This document shows, in pieces, positions 10,411 to 17,359 of a stretch of DNA of 64,000 nucleotides; positions within the stretch are counted from its first letter, which is position 1, and each line of letters starts with the position of its first letter. Under the pieces are notes generated by a model. That model had not been told where the DNA came from. It worked only from the letters and a program-made list of their open reading frames with translations, and did not search any database. Source of the DNA: an uncultured Bacteroidota bacterium. GTDB taxonomy: Bacteria > Bacteroidota > Bacteroidia > Flavobacteriales > Flavobacteriaceae. The position numbers were made by a program, and so were the translations under genes. Location of the stretch: assembly GCA_902515395.1 (NCBI GenBank), contig CABXUL010000005.1, positions 9,958 to 73,957 of the forward strand, read 5' to 3'.

Positions 10411-11885
10411 GATACTGTTTAATATTTATTTTTTTGTTTACTCAAGCCCAAGAGCAATCTAATTTAATGATTGACAGCTTTCAAACTTTCAAAAGTTATA
10501 CGTCAACAAAATATGATCAAGTCTTAAGACCTCAATTTCACTTTAGTTCGAAAAAAAATTGGATAAACGACCCCAATGGCCTTGTTTATTATAAAGGAGA
10601 ATATCATTTGTTTTTTCAACACAATCCAAAAAGTATTAATTGGGGAAATATGACTTGGGGTCATGCAATAAGTAAGGACATGATAAAGTGGACACAATTA
10701 CCTCATGCAATTTTGCCATATGGAAATGGTACTATTTTTTCAGGGACTGCTGTTGTTGATAATATAAACAGCTTGGGGAAAAATACCGAAAAAGAAAAGG
10801 CTATTGTAGCCTATTTTACGCACGCTCAAAAAAATGAAGATCCTTTTTATCAATCAGGAGCCTATAGTATTGATCGTGGTCGGAGTTTTAATTTAATTGA
10901 TCAGGGTAAACCGCTAGTTCCAAACCAGGGATTTTCAGACAGAAAAGGTAGAAGAACGGAGAGAGATCCAAAAGTTTTTTGGCACGAACCTTCTAAAAAG
11001 TGGGTTATGGTTTTATGGTTAAGGAAAGCAGATAGAAAAAATAAAAAAGATTTAGGTAAAGTTCGTTTCTTCTACTCAAATGATCTTAAAAATTGGAAAT
11101 TTTTAAGTGATTTTGACAGAAGTTGGGTTTATGAATGCATGGATTTGGTTGAACTCTCTGTGGATGGAAACTCTCAAAATAGGAAATGGCTTATATACGA
11201 TGCTAGTTTTGATTATGAAGTAGGGGTTTTTGATGGTGAATCGATGATTACTAATAATTCAAAATACCTTGGAGACCTAGGAAAAAATTACTACGCAGCT
11301 CAAACTTTTAATAATAGCCCTGATGGAAGAACTGTAATTATTGGATGGATGCGAACAGGTAAAAAAAGTGTATTTGTCGATAATAATATGCCATTTAATC
11401 AACAAATGTCATTCCCATGTACAATGGAATTAAAAACAACACCTAATGGAATTCGGTTATTTAGATGGCCGATTAAGGAAATTGAAAGTTTATACCAAAG
11501 CACTAAATTATACAGGAAAAATAAGCTCTATAACATTAACAAAAAACTTGCTAAGAATAGATACGTGCTCATTGACCTTTATGGATCTTTTAATCCAAAA
11601 AAAGTAAATAATTTTGAAATTAATATTAGGGGGCAAATTTTATCATATCAAAAAGGAAAATTCTATTTTGAAAATACTGAGTTACCCTCTCTTAATAGAA
11701 GTTTCAAAAGCTTTAGAGTTTTACTAGATCGTACTTCTATTGAAATTTTTATTGACGAGGGCTATAGTGTTTCAACAAATTATGCTATTTCAGATGACTC
11801 CAACAAAACCATCAAATTAATCGGTAATCGAAAGGTAATATTTAACTTGTTCAAAGTAAGCTCCCTAAACTCTATTTGGCAGTAA
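10407..11885 (+). CDS. Glycoside hydrolase family 32 (fructan/sucrose beta-fructosidase type)
   Basis: 492 aa with a GTG start overlapping the upstream stop (GTGA) and a signal peptide. GH32 motifs WINDPNGL, RDPKVFW and ECMD, plus a C-terminal beta-sandwich region. Confidence 0.85.
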   Translation: MRYCLIFIFLFTQAQEQSNLMIDSFQTFKSYTSTKYDQVLRPQFHFSSKKNWINDPNGLVYYKGEYHLFFQHNPKSINWGNMTWGHAISKDMIKWTQLPHAILPYGNGTIFSGTAVVDNINSLGKNTEKEKAIVAYFTHAQKNEDPFYQSGAYSIDRGRSFNLIDQGKPLVPNQGFSDRKGRRTERDPKVFWHEPSKKWVMVLWLRKADRKNKKDLGKVRFFYSNDLKNWKFLSDFDRSWVYECMDLVELSVDGNSQNRKWLIYDASFDYEVGVFDGESMITNNSKYLGDLGKNYYAAQTFNNSPDGRTVIIGWMRTGKKSVFVDNNMPFNQQMSFPCTMELKTTPNGIRLFRWPIKEIESLYQSTKLYRKNKLYNINKKLAKNRYVLIDLYGSFNPKKVNNFEINIRGQILSYQKGKFYFENTELPSLNRSFKSFRVLLDRTSIEIFIDEGYSVSTNYAISDDSNKTIKLIGNRKVIFNLFKVSSLNSIWQ

Positions 11886-13614
11886 CTTCAACATATAGGG
11901 GGAAATAATTTCCCTTTTGAAACATATAAAAAGGTGTAAAATCATTGAAACCCTTTGGAAGATAAACAGATTTCATTTCTATCACATCAAGATTATCTTT
12001 AGAATTAAATTTTTGCTGTATGCTATGACCTATTTCTAAATACATATTACCATAAGCTGGCAGTGGTTTTAAAAACTTAAATTTTAGATCATATAAGCCT
12101 TCTTTAATAATATCTACTTTCCAAAAGGAATAAACCTGCTCCTGGTTCCATACAGCTCTTTGACCTCCAGCATCATTTCTATTTAGATAAACTGGATTTT
12201 CAAAATCACTTCCTAACATAATTCTTGGAGGATTTTTTAAGTTTTCTGAATTAACTAGTTCCAAAAAGGTTTGTTGCATTTCCTTCTTGAGAGAAAGAGC
12301 AATAGATTTTTTTTGAGTTACAAGATTATTTTTTTCAAACGGGTCATTATAGGTATCATATAATTCAAAATTTTCAATTGGAGAGTTGTAATCAGTCTTC
12401 CCAATCAACTTAAATTTACCTCGCTGCAAAGCAATATTGTTAAATAGTTCAGGATATTTTCTAGTCCAATATGAAAAAAAACTTCTCTCTGGGAGTTTCT
12501 CACTGTTGATGGAAGGTAAAAAACTTCTTCCATCTATTTTTCTATCTCGAGGTATTTCAACATTACATAACTTAGAAAGGGTAGGTAATAGGTCAATATG
12601 GGCGGTAATTTGATTGACTTCTTGGTTACCACTAAACATAGCGGGAAATCTCAAAAAAAATGGCACCCTTATTCCACCATTGTAAACACTACTCTTTCTC
12701 CCTTTCATCCCAGCTACATACCTTGCATGCTGGGGTCCATTGTCAGTCATAAAAATTACTATAGTGTTGTCCTTTATGCCCAATTCATCAACCTTATTAA
12801 AAAGTTTTTTTAGATTATCGTCAATGTTGGTAACCATCGCATATACCTTACGTGTGTTATCTTTTGTTTTTTCGCTAATTTTTTCATTAGGAATTAATTC
12901 TGGGTCAATACCATCAGTTGGATCTATGGTCCTATAAGCCTGATAGTAATCATCAGGAACCTGAAGCGGGTTGTGAGGTGCATTAAAAGAAAGGTAACAG
13001 AAAAAGGGATTGTTTTTATTTTTCTCAATAAATTCAATTGCGTTTTCTGTAAAGATATCTGAACAATAACCCTTATAAGGTTTTTGCTCATTATTATGCC
13101 ATAAAATTGGATCGAAATAACTTGTATCTTTTTTGAAATAATTTGTAAAATCACCAACCTGTCCCATACCACCTGCAAGATGAATTAATGACTCGTCAAA
13201 TCCCTGGTCCGAAGGTCTGGAAGGATAATTGTCTCCCAAATGCCATTTACCAAAGATTCCAGTCGTAAAATTCGCTTGTTTTAGCATTTCGGCTAAAGTA
13301 ATCTCAGAGGTTGCCATTATTGCTCCACCATTATATGTGTCTCTAACCCCAGTTCTTAAAGAATACCTTCCAGTCATCAAACTAGATCTTGTAGGAGCAC
13401 AAACAGGAGAAACATAAAAATTATTAAATCTAACACTCTCAGCAGCAAAATTATCCAAAGCTGGTGTTATTATGTTTGGATTTCCGTTAAAATTTAAATC
13501 ACCATAACCTTGATCATCAGTGATAATAAGAATTACATTAGGTGGAGTCTTATCTGTTTTACATCCAATTAAGAAAAAAAGAGTCAGAAATGTAAGTAAG
13601 TGGATTTTTTTCAT
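11872..13614 (-). CDS. Formylglycine-dependent sulfatase (S1 family), lipoprotein
   Basis: 580 aa with lipobox FLIGC. ITDDQGYGD metal-binding start and the CAPTRSSLMTGR (C-x-P-x-R) signature. Confidence 0.9.
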   Translation of the reverse strand: MKKIHLLTFLTLFFLIGCKTDKTPPNVILIITDDQGYGDLNFNGNPNIITPALDNFAAESVRFNNFYVSPVCAPTRSSLMTGRYSLRTGVRDTYNGGAIMATSEITLAEMLKQANFTTGIFGKWHLGDNYPSRPSDQGFDESLIHLAGGMGQVGDFTNYFKKDTSYFDPILWHNNEQKPYKGYCSDIFTENAIEFIEKNKNNPFFCYLSFNAPHNPLQVPDDYYQAYRTIDPTDGIDPELIPNEKISEKTKDNTRKVYAMVTNIDDNLKKLFNKVDELGIKDNTIVIFMTDNGPQHARYVAGMKGRKSSVYNGGIRVPFFLRFPAMFSGNQEVNQITAHIDLLPTLSKLCNVEIPRDRKIDGRSFLPSINSEKLPERSFFSYWTRKYPELFNNIALQRGKFKLIGKTDYNSPIENFELYDTYNDPFEKNNLVTQKKSIALSLKKEMQQTFLELVNSENLKNPPRIMLGSDFENPVYLNRNDAGGQRAVWNQEQVYSFWKVDIIKEGLYDLKFKFLKPLPAYGNMYLEIGHSIQQKFNSKDNLDVIEMKSVYLPKGFNDFTPFYMFQKGNYFPLYVEVTAK

Positions 13615-15879
13615 TTATAGTTTAATTGTTTTACTACTACCTAAAAAATTCCCTGAAGGTAGGTCAATAATTAACTGACTAAACTGATAATCCTCAAACC
13701 AATTCGAACGAAAACCATTAGATAAAGCCTCAATTTTGTAGTTTACGGTAAAATTCATCTGCAAAAGTTCACGGTTAGGGTCAGAAACAGAGATTTCACT
13801 TATTTTATCTCCGGTAAGCTTTAACATGACTATGCCAGGTGTACTAGATTTTAAAATCAATTCATCAGATATTTGCAGCTCACCTCCTTTATAAAAAACA
13901 ATCTGAACAATATCTAAATGATTATTTTTCACTGCCTGAAGGTATGGAGTATTGGAAAGTATTTCAATATTTTTAAGCGTTGTAGTTATATTTATTTTTT
14001 CTGGACTTACGTTCGGTTTTACAATATACTGGTAGGATGCGTTGCTTGGAGACAATCCATGGTTTATCCAAGACTTAAAAACTCCCAATTCAACTTTATC
14101 TTTTGAGGAATCACCTTGATTATTTATTCTCCACCAAGAGCCAGAGGCAAAATTATTTTTCACTGAAACAGTTTGAGGTTTAGGAAATAAGTAAGCCACA
14201 TTATCGTGATAAATCCAATCTAAATTTTTATACTCCCGTTCTCTACTTTCTAGGATCTTATTTTTTCCATTTGATGAAATTAGCACTTCGCCGTTTAATA
14301 AGGTCTGGTTTAAAGTAGTATTAACCTCATTATTCATCTTGGTAGAAATTCCAGCGCCTAGACAAATATATTCGTTATCGAAGAAAAACCATGATTTTCT
14401 TGCAACCAATGGGTCATGGGAACTCTGAAAATCATATCCTACAGCACCATAAGATCCATCCGTAACTGCTCCAACATAATCCTTTAGACCAATTTTTTTT
14501 AGATCATTTTTTTTTGTGGCTATGTGTAAGGAATCTTTTTGAACAATTGTAGCACCAGGTATTCTCATATAATCATAAACAGGTGAAATATCGTAATACT
14601 CATTCCCCCTAGTATAAACGTAATTTGTCCCATCACCTCTGTGATGATTTAAAAAGCCCTCACTATTATATGGCGATTCCATATTCATGTTTCTGGTTGA
14701 ATACATTCTTACAGAAGTATAAAAATCTGGCCTTTGAAAAGCAAAATGCTCAGTGCTCCAATAAAATGTTGCGTGTGATATAGAAGTTTTATCCATTTTC
14801 TCGGCTCGAAGATTAAATATTTCATTTAATTCTTTTTTTCTGTAATCAGATATCTCAATCAATTTTTTTGAATCACTTCCATTAAACGGATTTAGTGATC
14901 CTTTTCTTGAAATACTTCTATTTTTGGCTCCAAAATCAGGATATTTTCCAAAAACAGAGGTTTTTGCTATTCCATCCAGAAAATAATCTATCAACATTTT
15001 AATTTTATCATTAGAAAAGGAAAATTTGGTTCCGCGATTAAGATGAGCCCACTCAATAAATGCTTTAGCATAACCATATCCGTATGATAGGGTATTATTT
15101 ACTCCATCTGTTCTATGATGAAAACTATTTCCATATTGTAGTCCCCTACCATTTGCATTTTTAAAACTTCCCAAACCACCAGAATTTGAATTTGTAAATG
15201 TATACCCAAAATCCTTTCCAATCCAACTGATGAATTTTATCTCTGATTCTATAATTTTCATTATGTGATTGAACTGATCAATATCGTTTAAAAAAAGTTG
15301 ATTTTTGGCAGCAATAGAACAAACTTTAATTCTGTCTCCACCAGGTCTTGAACCACCACTAGAGATATTAGCTCTGCTTATTATTTTTTGAGATATTGAT
15401 ATTAAATGATTTGGTAATTCATCACCTATTATCAGCATTAAATGAACAAGATCATTAGGTGTGCCAATTTGATTATTCCACCAATTCTCTCCAATAAAAT
15501 CATTATCACACCAGAATTTTAATGCACTAATAATAGTTCTTTTTACTTTCGGATTCTTAAAATATTTTGAATTCACATTTTTATAACTACTAGCTAGAAT
15601 TACCAAATTACGAGTATGAATTCTGTTGTCAAAATTTTCGCGTGATACATCATCATACTCAATAGAAGGCCACTTTTCTCCATCAAATTCATTTAATACT
15701 TTATCTAATTCTTCGTCGGTAGTGAAAGTATAAGGGAAAGAAAGATTAGAGTCATTTGAAATTAAAACTTGGTAGATTCTGTCTTTAATAAGCTTAATAT
15801 CGCTTTCTTGAGATAAACATATGGTTAAGTTTAAACTAAAAAAAATCATAAAAAGGTGTTTAAAAAAGCTTCTTAGCAT
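13615..15879 (-). CDS. Polysaccharide lyase family 8-like (chondroitin AC / hyaluronate / xanthan lyase type)
   Basis: 754 aa with a signal peptide. The segment NSFHHRTDGVNNTLSYGYGY (His/Tyr), plus NHHRGDG and YDYMRIPGAT, resemble PL8 catalytic and central-domain motifs. Assigned from recollection of the family, so it needs an HMM check. Confidence 0.7.
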   Translation of the reverse strand: MLRSFFKHLFMIFFSLNLTICLSQESDIKLIKDRIYQVLISNDSNLSFPYTFTTDEELDKVLNEFDGEKWPSIEYDDVSRENFDNRIHTRNLVILASSYKNVNSKYFKNPKVKRTIISALKFWCDNDFIGENWWNNQIGTPNDLVHLMLIIGDELPNHLISISQKIISRANISSGGSRPGGDRIKVCSIAAKNQLFLNDIDQFNHIMKIIESEIKFISWIGKDFGYTFTNSNSGGLGSFKNANGRGLQYGNSFHHRTDGVNNTLSYGYGYAKAFIEWAHLNRGTKFSFSNDKIKMLIDYFLDGIAKTSVFGKYPDFGAKNRSISRKGSLNPFNGSDSKKLIEISDYRKKELNEIFNLRAEKMDKTSISHATFYWSTEHFAFQRPDFYTSVRMYSTRNMNMESPYNSEGFLNHHRGDGTNYVYTRGNEYYDISPVYDYMRIPGATIVQKDSLHIATKKNDLKKIGLKDYVGAVTDGSYGAVGYDFQSSHDPLVARKSWFFFDNEYICLGAGISTKMNNEVNTTLNQTLLNGEVLISSNGKNKILESREREYKNLDWIYHDNVAYLFPKPQTVSVKNNFASGSWWRINNQGDSSKDKVELGVFKSWINHGLSPSNASYQYIVKPNVSPEKINITTTLKNIEILSNTPYLQAVKNNHLDIVQIVFYKGGELQISDELILKSSTPGIVMLKLTGDKISEISVSDPNRELLQMNFTVNYKIEALSNGFRSNWFEDYQFSQLIIDLPSGNFLGSSKTIKL

Positions 15880-15964
15880 GATATGTTAATTTTAATTATT
15901 ATTGTTTTAAACAATATAATAATAAATATTTAACCATCTAGAAGAAATCAATTCAGCAGCTTAT

Positions 15965-16002
15965 TGACCAATGGGGATTTGAACCCGACCTTTATGACAT
16001 TG
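15965..16002 (-). pseudogene. Decayed tRNA-like 3' fragment (T-arm plus 3' acceptor strand only)
   Basis: The minus strand reads ACAATGTCATAAAGGTCGGGTTCAAATCCCCATTGGTCA. It has a GGTTCAAATCC T-loop core with flanking stem (one mismatch) and a 3' acceptor-like strand. No matching 5' acceptor strand or D-arm lies upstream. Confidence 0.35.
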
Positions 16003-16051
16003 TTTTTCTATATAATACAAAATTAAATTAAGACACGTTGGGTTATAAAAT

Positions 16052-16077
16052 AAAACCCACAACTCTTTGTGGGTTTT
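16052..16077. terminator. Intrinsic terminator hairpin (bidirectional), 7 nt downstream of tRNA-Arg
   Basis: AAAACCCACAA-CTCT-TTGTGGGTTTT gives a perfect 11-bp stem with a 4-nt loop. The stem arms supply U-tracts in both orientations, and the minus strand continues ATTTTAT. Confidence 0.6.
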
Positions 16078-16084
16078 ACGTCTG

Positions 16085-16158
16085 TGAGGGAGAGAGGATT
16101 CGAACCCCCAACCAACAGAGCCGAAATCTGTTATTCTATCCAGTTGAACTACTCCCCC
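16085..16158 (-). tRNA. tRNA-Arg (anticodon UCG)
   Basis: The 74-nt minus-strand sequence GGGGGAGTAGTTCAACTGGATAGAATAACAGATTTCGGCTCTGTTGGTTGGGGGTTCGAATCCTCTCTCCCTCA folds as a cloverleaf. It has a 7-bp acceptor, D-stem GTTC/GAAT, anticodon stem ACAGA/TCTGT with loop TTTCGGC, and a GTTCGAATC T-loop. CCA is not encoded. Confidence 0.9.
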
Positions 16159-16279
16159 GTTTGAAATCAAAATTAGAAAAAAGAGTGATTATTAATTCTA
16201 ATAATCATAAAATAATATCGAAAATTATTAAAATTAATGTTCCTTTGAAGGATAAAATTATTAGAGAACAAATCAAAAA

Positions 16280-16876
16280 ATGAAGAATTATAATTTGAAA
16301 TACAGAAGCTTACTGTGTGTAATTGTTTTTTCCCTAAGTTGTTGTAAAAAAGAAGGAGCAGCTCAAGTTATGGAAAATGAAATTGAGGATACAACGGTAG
16401 ATTTCAAACCTGCAAATCCCCCCATTATCCAAACTCCTTCACCAGTGATTCATCTTGCAGACAATCTTGATGAACAAGATCAACTAGGATATTGTATTGA
16501 TACGCGAGGTAGAGGTTTCAATGAAGAATTGCATGCACATTCTTGTAAGGCAAGGGGGGGGGATGTTCAGTTTTCTTATAACAAAGAAACCCTTCAGATT
16601 TGTTCGGTTGAGTTTATCGGTTACTGTATAGAAATGCTTGGAGGAGCTTCAAAAGGCATGAGTTTAGGACTTGGAGAAAGCAATACGAGTTCATCCGATC
16701 AGAAATTTATCTATAACGAAGATAGTGGAGAATTTGTGCCAGAAGAAAACCTTACACTTTGCCTTGCTGTAGGTGAAACTAGTCGTGCTGCAGGTGTCTA
16801 TATGGCCCGTTCTCTGACCTTGGAACTTTCTTCCGAAACGGATGTTAAATTAAAGCAATGGGTAATTCTTGAATGA
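16280..16876 (+). CDS. Lipoprotein with probable ricin-type beta-trefoil (CBM13-like) lectin domain
   Basis: 198 aa with lipobox FSLSC. Three-fold internal pattern GYCID..., GYCIE..., LCLAV..., each followed by a Q-x-(W/F)-like motif (VQFSY, DQKFIY, KQWVI). Confidence 0.4.
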   Translation: MKNYNLKYRSLLCVIVFSLSCCKKEGAAQVMENEIEDTTVDFKPANPPIIQTPSPVIHLADNLDEQDQLGYCIDTRGRGFNEELHAHSCKARGGDVQFSYNKETLQICSVEFIGYCIEMLGGASKGMSLGLGESNTSSSDQKFIYNEDSGEFVPEENLTLCLAVGETSRAAGVYMARSLTLELSSETDVKLKQWVILE

Positions 16877-16894
16877 TTACGCAAAGGATTTATT

Positions 16895-17347
16895 TTAAGA
16901 AGAAAGTTTCCTTTTTACAACCTCAGAAATAGTTTTTCCATCCGCTTTACCAGCCATTTCCTTAGTTGCCATTCCCATTACTTTTCCCATATCTTTCATC
17001 CCCTCTGCACTTATTTTTAATATAATGCTAGACACTATTTCTTCTATTTCATGAAGTGACAATTGTTCTGGTAAAAATTTAGCTATTACCATAGCTTGTT
17101 CCTCCTCTGGTGCAGCAAGATCATCTCGGTTTTGGTCCTTATAAATCGCAGCACTATCTTTTCGCTGTTTTATAAGTCTTTGAAGCAATTTAATCTTGTC
17201 ATCTTCAGTTAACACATCTCCAGCACCTGATGAGGTTTGAGCTAATAGGACTGCTGATTTAATAGCCCTTAATGCTTCTAGTTTAAGTTTATCCTTAGCT
17301 TTCATGGCAGCTTTTAATTCATCATTAAGGTTTTTCAATAAAGACAT
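16895..17347 (-). CDS. yqeY: GatB/YqeY domain-containing protein
   Basis: 150 aa. The N-terminus LKAAMKAKDKLKLEALRAIKSA and overall helical composition are typical of YqeY. It sits immediately downstream of ftsZ, which as far as I recall is common in Bacteroidota. Confidence 0.8.
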   Translation of the reverse strand: MSLLKNLNDELKAAMKAKDKLKLEALRAIKSAVLLAQTSSGAGDVLTEDDKIKLLQRLIKQRKDSAAIYKDQNRDDLAAPEEEQAMVIAKFLPEQLSLHEIEEIVSSIILKISAEGMKDMGKVMGMATKEMAGKADGKTISEVVKRKLSS

Positions 17348-17359
17348 ATCATACTTAAA

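Noticed and set aside
15965-16158. tRNA fragment as an att-site duplicate of the adjacent tRNA-Arg (island bounded by direct repeats)
   Set aside because: The fragment's T-arm and acceptor sequence differ from the tRNA-Arg 3' end, and no integrase is nearby. Only the weaker reading of a decayed tRNA or old recombination scar is kept.
15961-16283. ORFs 15961..16170 (minus) and 16038..16283 (plus)
   Set aside because: They are translations across the tRNA-Arg gene, its terminator hairpin and the tRNA-like fragment, and are not plausible proteins.
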